The notes: generated by a model from the sequence alone, not told the origin. Numbered from the stretch's first letter, positions 6,424 through 15,759 are shown. The stretch is 20,000 nt of DNA from an uncultured virus (IMG/VR IMGVR_UViG_3300043410_000754) (IMGVR_UViG_3300043410_000754), one strand, 5' to 3'. Translations and numbers: made by a program.

Positions 6424-6787
6424 AACATTAAACTCCAGGTAAGTGATGATCCCTTGCGGGGTTTGTATCGAATGGGTTTCCCCCCTTCGATAACGCTATA
6501 TTCGCATTTTAGGGTACGATTTGCAAGGTTTCAGGAATAAATAATTTGATACCCGGCCTAGCCCTAACATTGTTAGGCTTGACCGATCCAGCCGACCCCA
6601 TCCCCCCGAACTGACACGAAGGAGTCCCTGGGTCCTATTACACAGTGTGTAGCACTCTCGATCACCTCGTTTCAACTTTATATAACACCGTAGTACAAAT
6701 ACCCCCCACCCCCATCATTTTTTCCCCACGTTTCTCATTGACGTTTCATGCAAAAACACCCCCCGTCAAGGGACCCAGAAACAAAAG

Positions 6788-6817
6788 TTGCACGGGTATA
6801 TATTTTTCTGTTACATT
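6788..6817 (+). promoter_or_regulatory. candidate sigma70-like promoter for the packaging operon
   Basis: TTGCAC, 18 nt, TACATT with TGn; about 30 nt upstream of ATG 6848. Confidence 0.5.
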
Positions 6818-6847
6818 TCGCGCACTCCCTTTTCATTAAGGTGCCAC

Positions 6848-7459
6848 ATGATTCCTGTTGAGCCCACAGCAGAACACCCTATTCCGTTCGACCTTTCGGA
6901 CGAGACCCCCGCTACACATAGCGACGCAGTAGCTACTGCGGTCAACACCGTCGATCTCATCGAGGAACTCGGCGGCGGGCTGGACTTCAGCAACCCGGAC
7001 CTGTTTCAAGCTCAAAAATTGGTGCTCGGCCAGGACAAACCGAACACACCCCGGCACATTTCCTCCCCCACCGAGGCTGCTGCAGCTCACGCAATCATCC
7101 GTCGGCACGACTTCACTGCGTTCCAAGACGCACTCCAGGCCCGGAACTTCATCACAAACAAGCTGGTAGCGCTCGCCGACTGCGGAGACCCAAAGTTGGA
7201 GCTCAAGGCGCTCGAGCTGCTCGGAAAACACTCGGATATTGGCCTTTTCACCGAGCGCAGCGAGATCACAATCACCCACACCACGTCCACAGCACTAGAA
7301 AACAGCATCAAAGAGCGGGTGAAGCGCCTTTTGGGGGCCGATACAGTGGACATCGTGCCCGAATTGATCGACGAATTGGACACTTTGAACGCGAAAAAAG
7401 AGGATGTGAGTTCAATTCACACCCCTGAAACCCCTGCCGAGGAGCCAGAAGATGAGTGA
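6848..7459 (+). CDS. probable terminase small subunit
   Basis: AAGG SD; position upstream of terL; LKALELLGK...GLFTER resembles small-terminase C-terminal regions; function inferred. Confidence 0.55.
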   Translation: MIPVEPTAEHPIPFDLSDETPATHSDAVATAVNTVDLIEELGGGLDFSNPDLFQAQKLVLGQDKPNTPRHISSPTEAAAAHAIIRRHDFTAFQDALQARNFITNKLVALADCGDPKLELKALELLGKHSDIGLFTERSEITITHTTSTALENSIKERVKRLLGADTVDIVPELIDELDTLNAKKEDVSSIHTPETPAEEPEDE

Positions 7460-7751
7460 TACCAGCCTGAGCGGGTTCAAAGCCCCGGATTTTGGAAAAA
7501 CCCACGAAGAAAAGACCCGGAGTCAGCTGCTCAAGCAGTTCATGGACGCGGAAACCCTCTCAAATCTGCCGTATGAAATTGCCAAAGGGCGCAAAGAGGC
7601 ACGCGAAGCCGAGCAAAGAGCGAAGATGGAGGCCCGTCTGGCAACTCGCATCACTCGGGACATCCCCATGGAGAACTACCGGGCCTCTTCTTCCTACGAC
7701 GACGATGCGACCTACAAACCTGGGGCTTTTTTAGGGCTGGGGAATGGCTGA
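7452..7751 (+). CDS. 99-aa hypothetical protein between putative terS and terL
   Basis: GGAG SD; 8-nt overlaps with both neighbours. Confidence 0.7.
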   Translation: MSDTSLSGFKAPDFGKTHEEKTRSQLLKQFMDAETLSNLPYEIAKGRKEAREAEQRAKMEARLATRITRDIPMENYRASSSYDDDATYKPGAFLGLGNG

Positions 7752-9264
7752 CATCACCCTCAAGGACATCGAACTGCTGATCAACTCGGGGAAGTTGTCC
7801 GAGAGTGACTTGCGCACGTTGGAGGCGCAGCTCATTCGACTAGAGAAGCTCAAGGATAGAGAACTCGCGCAGGAAAAGTTCATCAAGTTCGTGGAGAAGG
7901 TGTGGCCGACGTTCATTTCTGGGGCACACCACAAGCGGATGGCGGCTGCGTTCGAGCGCGTGGCGCGTGGAGAGTGCAAACGGCTCATCATCAACATGCC
8001 TCCCCGGCATACCAAGTCCGAGTTCGCGAGTTACCTGCTCCCGGCTTGGTTTTTGGGTAAGTTTCCACACAAGAAAGTGATCCAGGCGTCCAACACGGGC
8101 GAGTTGGCGGTGGGCTTCGGTCGTAAGGTGCGAAACCTTGTGGATTCCGAGGTGTACAAGGACATCTTCCCCGATCTCTCCCTGTCTGCCGACTCCAAAG
8201 CGGCGGGGCGGTGGAACACATCCAAGGGCGGGGATTATTTCGCTATTGGTGTGGGCGGTACGGTGACGGGTAAGGGTGCCGACGTGCTCATCATCGACGA
8301 CCCGCACTCAGAACAAGAAGCGGCCATGGCTGCTACCAACCCGGACGTGTATGACAAGGTAGAAGAGTGGTACACGTCAGGTCCGCGTCAGCGTCTGCAG
8401 CCGGGTGGGGCCATCGTGATCGTGATGACGCGTTGGGCGCAGAGAGATTTGACTGGCCGAGTGCTCAAAAGCGCGGCGCAGCGGGGTGGCGAAGAGTGGG
8501 AGGTCATTGAGTTTCCCGCGATCCTGCCGAGCGGCAATCCGCTGTGGCCGCAGTTCTGGTCCATCGAGGAGCTGGAGGCGCTCAAAGAAGAACTGCCCAA
8601 CGCCAAGTGGCAGGCGCAGTACCAGCAGAACCCGGTGGGCAACGAGTCCGCCATCATCAAGCGCGACTGGTGGCAGTGGTGGGAAGAGGACCGCCCGCCC
8701 GAGTGTGAGTACATCCTCCAGAGCTGGGACACGGCGTTCGAGAAGACCCAGCGGGCCGACTATTCCGCAGGGACGACGTGGGGCGTGTTCACCCACCACA
8801 AGGACAACACCAAGAACATCATTCTCCTGAACACGTACAAGAAGCGTGTGGAGTTCCCGGAGTTGAAGAAGGACGTGCTCAAGGAGTACACAAACTACGA
8901 CCCGGACACGCTGCTGGTGGAGAAAAAGGCGTCTGGAGCGCCTCTCATATATGACCTGCGAGCCATGGGTATACCGGTCAGCGAGTACACGCCGAGCAAG
9001 GGGCAGGACAAGATTGCCCGTTTGAACAGCGTCTCGGACATAATTGCCAGTGGGAAAGTGTGGGTTCCGCGCACAAGATGGGCGGAAGAGTTGGTTGATG
9101 AGGTTGCGGCGTTCCCGTCAGGCGAGCATGATGACTTGGTGGACGCAACGACGTTGGCGCTGATGCGCTTCCGTCAGGGTGGGTTCCTTCGCCTTCCGGT
9201 GGACGAGCCTGAAGAGATTACGTGGTTCAAAGGACACCGCCGAGAGCGGTTCTATTCGGTGTAA
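7744..9264 (+). CDS. terL: terminase large subunit
   Basis: Walker A-type MPPRHTKS, Walker B VLIIDD, coupling motif VMTRW, nuclease motifs SWDTA and HDDLVDA. Confidence 0.97.
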   Translation: MADITLKDIELLINSGKLSESDLRTLEAQLIRLEKLKDRELAQEKFIKFVEKVWPTFISGAHHKRMAAAFERVARGECKRLIINMPPRHTKSEFASYLLPAWFLGKFPHKKVIQASNTGELAVGFGRKVRNLVDSEVYKDIFPDLSLSADSKAAGRWNTSKGGDYFAIGVGGTVTGKGADVLIIDDPHSEQEAAMAATNPDVYDKVEEWYTSGPRQRLQPGGAIVIVMTRWAQRDLTGRVLKSAAQRGGEEWEVIEFPAILPSGNPLWPQFWSIEELEALKEELPNAKWQAQYQQNPVGNESAIIKRDWWQWWEEDRPPECEYILQSWDTAFEKTQRADYSAGTTWGVFTHHKDNTKNIILLNTYKKRVEFPELKKDVLKEYTNYDPDTLLVEKKASGAPLIYDLRAMGIPVSEYTPSKGQDKIARLNSVSDIIASGKVWVPRTRWAEELVDEVAAFPSGEHDDLVDATTLALMRFRQGGFLRLPVDEPEEITWFKGHRRERFYSV

Positions 9265-9273
9265 GGACACATC

Positions 9274-11811
9274 ATGGCAATGGAAAAAGGTTTGTACGCA
9301 GCGCCCGAGGGACTCGGGGCTTTGGCTGGGCCCGCGATGGAGATCGAGATCGAGGACCCCGAGGCGGTCCACATTGGGTTGGGCGACATCGAGATTGACC
9401 TCGAACCCCGCCAGCATGAAGAGGAAGACTTCGACGCGAACCTCGCCGAGCTGATCGACGGCAAAGAGTTGGCTGCTCTGGCCACCGACCTGATTGCCGA
9501 CTTTGACAAAGACATCAACGACCGCAAGGAGTGGATGCAGACGTACGTGGACGGCCTGAAGCTCTTGGGTCTCAAGTATGAAGATAGGACTGAGCCATGG
9601 CAAGGAGCCTGCGGTGTGTTTCACCCGATGCTGACCGAGTCCGTTGTGCGCTTCCAGTCGGAAGCCATGACCGAGACGTTCCCAGCGATGGGGCCTGTGA
9701 AAACCCAGATTGTTGGCGCGATCGACAAACTGCGCGAAGAAGCGGCCACACGCGTGCGCGAGGACATGAACTTCCAACTGACGGAGGTCATGACCGAGTA
9801 CCGTTCCGAGCATGAGCGCATGTTGTGGAGCCTGCCGATCACTGGCTCTGCGTTCAAGAAGGTCTACTACGACCCGAGCAAGGGACGCCAAGTAGCCATT
9901 TTCATCCCCGCCGAGGACATTGTCGTCCCCTACGGCAGCTCGAATATCGAGGACTCTGAGCGTGTTACCCACGTGATGCGCAAGACCGAAAACGAAGTGA
10001 CCAAGCTGATGGACGCCGGGTACTACCTCGACGTGGACCTGGGTGAGCCGTCATATCAGTTGGACGACATCGAGAAGCAGAAGGCCGAGGAGATGGGCCT
10101 CACAGCGATTGAAGATGATCGCTACCGTATCCTTGAGATGCACGTGCTGCTCGACCTGCCTGGGTTCGAGCACAAGGACAAGAAGGGCCGTGAGACCGGC
10201 ATCGCTCTGCCGTACGTGGTGACAATCGAGAAGGGAACGACTAATATCCTAGCCATCCGCAGGAATTGGTACGAAGATGACAAACTCCACACCAAACGAC
10301 AACACTTCGTCCACTACCAATACATCCCCGGATTCGGATTCTACGGGTACGGACTCATCCACCTCATCGGTGGCTACGCCAAGTCCGCGACCATGCTCAT
10401 TCGCCAGCTGGTGGATGCAGGCACGTTGTCGAACCTCCCTGGTGGCCTCAAATCACGAGGCCTTCGCGTTAAGGGTGATGACACGCCGATTGCCCCCGGA
10501 GAATTCCGGGACGTAGATGTGCCGAGCGGCTCGATCCGCGACAACATCCTGCCGCTGCCGTACAAAGAGCCGAGTCAGGTTCTGTACTCGCTGTTCCAGC
10601 AGATCGTTCAAGAGGGCCGTGCCTTTGCGTCTAGCGGAGACATGAAGGTGAGCGACATGAGTAGCCAAGCCCCCGTGGGCACCACGCTGGCTATTCTTGA
10701 GCGTACCCTGAAGGTGATGACGGCTGTGCAGGCCCGCATCCACAACGCGATGAAGCAGGAGTTCAAGCTCTTGAAGGTCATCATCGCCGACTACTGCCCG
10801 GAAGAGTACGACTACCAGCCGGTGGACGGTAGCCGACGCGCTCGTCGTAGCGACTATGACATGGTGGACGTGATTCCGGTGTCGGACCCCAACGCTGCCA
10901 CCATGGCGCAGAAAATCGTGACGTACCAAGCTGTGCTGCAGCTGGCTCAGTCTGCCCCTCAGTTGTATGACCTGCCCCTGTTGCACCGTCAGATGATCGA
11001 GGTGTTGGGCGTGAAGAACGCTGCCAAGCTCGTGCCCATCGAGGACGATGCCACACCGATGGACCCCATACAGGAGAACCAGAACCTCCTGACGCAGAAG
11101 CCCGTCAAGGCGTTCTTGGAGCAGAACCATCAGGCCCACATCCAGGTCCACATGTCTGCCATCCAGAACCCCAAGATTCAGCAGCTCATGCAGATGAACC
11201 CGTCCGCCCAGGCCATCATGGCTGCAGCGATGGCGCACATCAACGAGCACATTGCCATGGAGTACCGTATCCAGGTCGAGCAGGCCATGGGTATGCCGCT
11301 GCCCCCGATGGAGGACAAGAACTCCGAAGAGAAACCGCACATCCCGCCGCAGATGGCCGACCAGATCGCCATGATGGCCGCGCAAGCGTCTCAACAACTC
11401 TTGCAGCGCGACCAGCAGCAGGCTCAACAGCAGCAGGCCCAGCAGCAGATGCAGGACCCGGTGGTCCAGATGCAGATGCAGGAGCTTCAGATCAAGCAGC
11501 AGGAGTTGCAGCTCAAGCAGCAGAAGCAGCAGATCGAGGCCGTGGCCAAAGCCGACCAGCTCGAGATCGAGAAGGCTCGCATCGAGGCTCAGAAAGAGAT
11601 CGCCGCCATGCAGGTGGGTGCTACCGCTGCCGCTGCCAAAGACAAGGCTCAGCGCCAGTCGGAGATGGAGGGTATGCGCATCGGTGTTGACGTGGCCAAG
11701 CACAAGGCCCAGATGCGCCAGCAGAACATTCAGCAGCACCTGCAGCGACAGCACCAGACCGCGCAGTCCAAGGCGCAGCAGAAGGCTCAACCCAAGAAGG
11801 AAACTAAATGA
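9274..11811 (+). CDS. portal protein with long Gln-rich C-terminal coiled coil
   Basis: Directly after terL; GSAFKKVYYD and GFGFYGYGL portal-like motifs; Q-rich helical tail reminiscent of the P22-type portal barrel. Confidence 0.9.
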   Translation: MAMEKGLYAAPEGLGALAGPAMEIEIEDPEAVHIGLGDIEIDLEPRQHEEEDFDANLAELIDGKELAALATDLIADFDKDINDRKEWMQTYVDGLKLLGLKYEDRTEPWQGACGVFHPMLTESVVRFQSEAMTETFPAMGPVKTQIVGAIDKLREEAATRVREDMNFQLTEVMTEYRSEHERMLWSLPITGSAFKKVYYDPSKGRQVAIFIPAEDIVVPYGSSNIEDSERVTHVMRKTENEVTKLMDAGYYLDVDLGEPSYQLDDIEKQKAEEMGLTAIEDDRYRILEMHVLLDLPGFEHKDKKGRETGIALPYVVTIEKGTTNILAIRRNWYEDDKLHTKRQHFVHYQYIPGFGFYGYGLIHLIGGYAKSATMLIRQLVDAGTLSNLPGGLKSRGLRVKGDDTPIAPGEFRDVDVPSGSIRDNILPLPYKEPSQVLYSLFQQIVQEGRAFASSGDMKVSDMSSQAPVGTTLAILERTLKVMTAVQARIHNAMKQEFKLLKVIIADYCPEEYDYQPVDGSRRARRSDYDMVDVIPVSDPNAATMAQKIVTYQAVLQLAQSAPQLYDLPLLHRQMIEVLGVKNAAKLVPIEDDATPMDPIQENQNLLTQKPVKAFLEQNHQAHIQVHMSAIQNPKIQQLMQMNPSAQAIMAAAMAHINEHIAMEYRIQVEQAMGMPLPPMEDKNSEEKPHIPPQMADQIAMMAAQASQQLLQRDQQQAQQQQAQQQMQDPVVQMQMQELQIKQQELQLKQQKQQIEAVAKADQLEIEKARIEAQKEIAAMQVGATAAAAKDKAQRQSEMEGMRIGVDVAKHKAQMRQQNIQQHLQRQHQTAQSKAQQKAQPKKETK

Positions 11812-12008
11812 CGTTTGATTCCCGTGCGTTCGCGCACGTGCAAAAAGAAATCGCGAGAACTCGGCAAGAGCAGGTGGAATTCCTTGCCGCAGGAAGCGCA
11901 AAGACGTACGACGAGTACCAAAAAATCTGCGGAGTGATCCGGGGTCTTAACCTCGCAGATTCCACCATAAACGACCTCGTGCAAAGAATGGAAACATCTG
12001 ATGAGTGA
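11808..12008 (+). CDS. 66-aa helical hypothetical protein of the head module
   Basis: ATGA overlap with portal; AAGGA SD. Confidence 0.8.
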   Translation: MTFDSRAFAHVQKEIARTRQEQVEFLAAGSAKTYDEYQKICGVIRGLNLADSTINDLVQRMETSDE

Positions 12009-12411
12009 ATTCGACGTGAACGCCGTTGACCTGTCTGGAATCCTGAACAAGGACTCCGAACAGAAGGCCAAACAGCTCCCCGAGCCCGCAGGGTTCATGC
12101 TGCTCACCGTGGTCCCCGAGGCCATGGAGGAGTACGCGGATAGCGAGATTGGGATTGTGAAGTCCAGCGGTGACATCTGGCGTGAGGAAATGCTCACTCC
12201 GGTGCTGTTCGTGGTCAAGATGGGCCCCGAGGCTTATCAAGACAAAACGCGGTTCCCTAGTGGACCTCGCTGCAAGGTGGGCGACTTCGTTGTCGTTCGC
12301 CCCAATTCAGGCACCCGCCTGAAGATTCATGGCCGAGAGTTCCGCATCATCAATGATGATTCGGTCGAGGCTGTTGTTGAAGACCCGCGTGGTATCACCC
12401 GCGCTGCTTAA
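12001..12411 (+). CDS. groES: GroES/Cpn10-like co-chaperonin
   Basis: P-G--LL, GIV mobile loop, VVKMGP, KVGDFVVV, G-EFRIINDDSVEAVV pattern. Confidence 0.88.
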   Translation: MSEFDVNAVDLSGILNKDSEQKAKQLPEPAGFMLLTVVPEAMEEYADSEIGIVKSSGDIWREEMLTPVLFVVKMGPEAYQDKTRFPSGPRCKVGDFVVVRPNSGTRLKIHGREFRIINDDSVEAVVEDPRGITRAA

Positions 12412-12420
12412 GGAGCACAC

Positions 12421-13443
12421 ATGGCAACCCAAGCTAAGTACGACGAAGGGGAAGACTTCGAGTTCCCCGACGAGAAGGAAGAGAAGGCGAAGGCCAAGGC
12501 AAAAGCCAAGGACGACGACTTTGAAGTCGATATTGAAGACGACACCCCGGTCGCGGACCGTGGCCGCAAGCCCTCCAAGGAGCCCGTTGAGGACCCCACG
12601 GAAGACGAGCTTGCAAGCTACGACGAGAAGGTCCAGAACCGGATCAAGAAATTCACTCGTGGATATCACGATGAGCGACGTGCCAAGGAGCAAGCCCTGC
12701 GTGAGCGGGAGGCTGCTGAGTCGTTTGCCCGTCAGGTGTTCGACGAGAACAAGAAGCTGAAAGAGCAGCTGTCTGTCGGTAGCAAGGCATACGTAGAGAC
12801 GGCAAAAAGCGCCGCCGAAGCCGAGCTGGAAGCCGCCCGCGAGAAGTACCGCAAGGCGTACGAGACCGCCGACCCTGACGCACTCGTCAAGGCGCAAGAG
12901 GACATCGCCCGTGCCACGGTGAAAGCCGAGCGTGCTGGCCACCTGCAGCCGGTGGAGATGGAGGACGACAAGGAGTTCCGCATCCCTCAGAGCCAACAAG
13001 AGCAGGAAGCTCCTCGCGTGAGCCGCCGTACCCAGTCGTGGTTGGATAACAACTCGGACTGGTTCGGGAAAGATGACGAAATGACGATGGCTGCGATGGG
13101 TCTTGACAAGAAGTTCCAGAAGCAGTATGGTCCCGACTACGTTGGTACACCTGAGTACTTTCAGGCTATCGACAAAACAATGCGCAAGCGTTTTCCTGAG
13201 TATTTTGAAGATGCTCAGAGCGATGAGGATGACGAGCCGCCTCGAAAGAAAAGAGCTGAACCGGCAGATGAGGATGAACCTCCGCGCCGTGCCTCAAAAA
13301 CCGCTACGGTCGTGGCTCCGGCCTCACGTAGCACACCGCCTAGTCGTGTACGACTGAAGGCATCCGAAGCAGCGATCGCTCGCCGACTTGGGGTCCCTTT
13401 GGAAGAATACGCAAAACAGGTTGCTAAGCTAGAAAGAAGTTAA
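12421..13443 (+). CDS. probable capsid scaffolding protein
   Basis: Acidic N-terminus, central coiled coil, C-terminal helix-turn-helix (IARRLGVPLEEYAKQ); upstream of capsid genes. Confidence 0.75.
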   Translation: MATQAKYDEGEDFEFPDEKEEKAKAKAKAKDDDFEVDIEDDTPVADRGRKPSKEPVEDPTEDELASYDEKVQNRIKKFTRGYHDERRAKEQALREREAAESFARQVFDENKKLKEQLSVGSKAYVETAKSAAEAELEAAREKYRKAYETADPDALVKAQEDIARATVKAERAGHLQPVEMEDDKEFRIPQSQQEQEAPRVSRRTQSWLDNNSDWFGKDDEMTMAAMGLDKKFQKQYGPDYVGTPEYFQAIDKTMRKRFPEYFEDAQSDEDDEPPRKKRAEPADEDEPPRRASKTATVVAPASRSTPPSRVRLKASEAAIARRLGVPLEEYAKQVAKLERS

Positions 13444-13445
13444 AC

Positions 13446-13925
13446 ATGGAACAGACTACACAAACTCAGGCTGCAGGCCGTCAAAATCGTATGACTCGTG
13501 AACTCGATTCGCGGGCTACATTTCAACGTCCCACAGCGTGGCGTCCCCCGGAGACCCTCCCGTCTCCTGATGCCCGTCCGGGTTGGACCCATCGTTGGGT
13601 TCGCATCTCGATGCTCGGTAGCGCTGACGCGTCTAACATTTCTAGCAAGTTCCGCGAAGGATACGAACCCTGCAAAGCAGAGGAATATCCCGAGCTAATG
13701 ATGCACGCGACTACCGAAGGTCGTTTCAAAGGAAACATCGAGGTGGGCGGTTTGTTGCTCTGTCGTATTCCCGACGAGTTCCTGCGTCAACGGGAGGCGT
13801 ACTACGCCAACCAGAACAAGGCTCAGATGGAATCGGTGGACAACAATTTCATGCGTGACAGTGACCCCCGAATGCCGCTCTTCGCTGAGCGTAAGTCCAA
13901 CGTCACTTTCGGTCCCGGTTCTTAA
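13446..13925 (+). CDS. head-module hypothetical protein, 159 aa
   Basis: ORF; WTHRWVR, EGYEP and GGLLLCRIP motifs. Confidence 0.8.
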   Translation: MEQTTQTQAAGRQNRMTRELDSRATFQRPTAWRPPETLPSPDARPGWTHRWVRISMLGSADASNISSKFREGYEPCKAEEYPELMMHATTEGRFKGNIEVGGLLLCRIPDEFLRQREAYYANQNKAQMESVDNNFMRDSDPRMPLFAERKSNVTFGPGS

Positions 13926-13945
13926 ACTTTTTCAAGGAGTCTTAA

Positions 13946-14833
13946 ATGGCTTACCCCACGGTCTCGGCCCCCTACGGCCTAAAGCCTGTGAACTTGATTG
14001 GTGGTCAGGTGTTTGCGGGTTCTACCCGTAACATTCCTATCCAGTACGGATACGCTACCAACATTTTCTACGGCGATTTCGTCGCGATTACTCGCGGTTT
14101 CGCAACCCGTCTGGCAGTCACTGATGGCGGCACCGCTGCTACCGGCGCTCCCGGCTACGGTCAAGTTGGTATCTTCTTGGGCTGTTCCTACACGGACCCC
14201 GCCACCAAGCAAAAGCGTTACGCCCAATACTGGCCCGCTTCGACCTTGGCTGGTGACGCCGTCGCTATCGTGACGGACGATCCTGATACCATTTTCAAGT
14301 GCGCTGTTGTGACGACCCAAGGTGGTACCACCATCGGTTCCGCCGCTCGCGCAATGGTCGGTCTGAACATGACCGTTTCCAACTTGGCTGGTAGCCCCAA
14401 CACGGGTAACTCTTCCAATGGTATCCTGGCTAGCTCCGCCGCTACTACCGCCGCTCTGCCGGTGCGTGTGATCGACGTTGTGCCTGAGACCGCTGTGGCT
14501 CTGGGTACGGCAACTTGGTCGAGTGGTACCACCACCCTGACCACCTCTGCTCTGCCGCAGGCTCTGCCGGTTGGTACGGACGTTGGTTTCGTTGCTGCTA
14601 ACGGCCAGTTTGTCTCCACGGGCAACTGGGTGTCTACCGCCGCTGCCGCTGGCGCTACTTCGGTGGTGCTGAACGCTCAGTACGGTGTGATGAACGCTGG
14701 TGGTGTTGCTGCTACGGCTACCGCCATTCCGGCTAGCTCCACTCTGGTGTTTACGCAGTACACCGAGGTGTTGGTGAAGATCAACTTCGCTAACCACTCG
14801 TATTACACTGCGCTGGGCACTCAAACCGCTTAA
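13946..14833 (+). CDS. probable capsid decoration/minor capsid protein
   Basis: AAGGAG SD; Ala/Thr/Gly-rich, beta-rich composition; immediately upstream of MCP. Confidence 0.7.
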   Translation: MAYPTVSAPYGLKPVNLIGGQVFAGSTRNIPIQYGYATNIFYGDFVAITRGFATRLAVTDGGTAATGAPGYGQVGIFLGCSYTDPATKQKRYAQYWPASTLAGDAVAIVTDDPDTIFKCAVVTTQGGTTIGSAARAMVGLNMTVSNLAGSPNTGNSSNGILASSAATTAALPVRVIDVVPETAVALGTATWSSGTTTLTTSALPQALPVGTDVGFVAANGQFVSTGNWVSTAAAAGATSVVLNAQYGVMNAGGVAATATAIPASSTLVFTQYTEVLVKINFANHSYYTALGTQTA

Positions 14834-14846
14834 GGAGTAATACAAA

Positions 14847-15758
14847 ATGGCAATTTCACGCGCACAACTACTCAAAGAACTCCTGCCCGGTCTTAATGCA
14901 CTGTTTGGCCTTGAGTACGCCCGTTACGGCGAGGAGCACAAGGAAATCTACGAAACCGAGACCTCGGAGCGTAGCTTTGAAGAGGAAACCAAGCTGTCTG
15001 GCTTCTCCGCCGCTCCGGTGAAGAACGAAGGCTCTGCGATTGCTTATGACAACGCGCAGGAAGCGTGGACGACTCGCTACAACCACGAGACCATCGCCCT
15101 GGGTTTCTCGATCACTGAAGAAGCGATCGAAGATAACCTGTACGACAGCTTGTCTGCTCGCTACACCAAGGGTCTGGCCCGTGCCATGGCATACACCAAG
15201 CAGGTGAAAGCCGCTTCTGTCCTGAACAACGGCTTCAGCTCTGCCTTCACCGGCGGCGACGGCGTTGCTCTGTTCAGTGCAGCCCACCCCCTGGTGAGCG
15301 GCGGTACCAACGCTAACACCCCCACAACCCAAGCCGACCTGAACGAGACTTCCCTGGAAGCCGCCGTTATTCAGATCGCCGGTTGGACGGATGAACGTGG
15401 TCTGCTGATCGCTGCCAAGCCCAAGAAGCTGGTAATCCCGCCTGCTCTGCAATTCGTTGCTACTCGTCTGCTGGAAACCGAACTCCGTGTCGGTACCAAC
15501 AACAACGACATCAACGCGATCAAGAGCAATGGTGCGATCCCCGATGGTTACACCATCAACCACTTCTTGACCGACAACAACGCATGGTTCCTGACGACTG
15601 ACGTTCCCAACGGTCTGAAGCACTTCGTTCGTACCCCGCTGCAAAACAGCATGGACGGCGACTTCGACACCGGTAACGTCCGTTACAAGGCCCGTGAGCG
15701 TTACAGCTTCGGCTGGTCGGACCCTCTGGGTGTGTTCGGGTCTTCGGGCTCGTTCTGA
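14847..15758 (+). CDS. major capsid protein (HK97 fold, Mu gpT-like family)
   Basis: MAISRAQLLKELLPGLNALFG, LGFSITEEAIED, PKKLVIPPAL, DFDTGNVRYKARERYSFGWSD; TAAGGAG SD; followed by terminator. Confidence 0.93.
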   Translation: MAISRAQLLKELLPGLNALFGLEYARYGEEHKEIYETETSERSFEEETKLSGFSAAPVKNEGSAIAYDNAQEAWTTRYNHETIALGFSITEEAIEDNLYDSLSARYTKGLARAMAYTKQVKAASVLNNGFSSAFTGGDGVALFSAAHPLVSGGTNANTPTTQADLNETSLEAAVIQIAGWTDERGLLIAAKPKKLVIPPALQFVATRLLETELRVGTNNNDINAIKSNGAIPDGYTINHFLTDNNAWFLTTDVPNGLKHFVRTPLQNSMDGDFDTGNVRYKARERYSFGWSDPLGVFGSSGSF

Positions 15759-15759
15759 T

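Larger units (their letters stand above)
244..6576. repeat. dispersed 13-bp interrupted palindrome CTAAC-AWT-GTTAG, 13 copies
   Basis: Exact at 961, 1665, 2716, 3491, 4053, 4733, 5383, 6564; one mismatch at 4307, 4853, 5238, 5847; variant centre at 244. Confidence 0.95.

Noticed and set aside
6495..6526. Minus-strand promoter (TTGCAA...) for 5899..6423
   Set aside because: No convincing -10 at 16-18 nt spacing; plausible but unsupported.
244..6576. Palindrome as integron attC/attI (arms resemble RYYYAAC and GTTRRRY)
   Set aside because: Arms are only 3 nt apart, there are no L boxes or long attC hairpin, and no integrase is in the window.
244..6576. Palindrome series as a CRISPR array
   Set aside because: Repeat is only 13 bp and spacing is irregular (about 0.1-1 kb), covering whole genes.
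11400..11790. CAG-rich repeats in the portal 3' end as a DNA repeat element
   Set aside because: Explained by the Gln-rich coiled-coil tail of the portal.
13633..13645. CTAACATTTCTAG as a late-region palindrome copy
   Set aside because: Two mismatches break the right arm; explained by coding sequence (SNISS).
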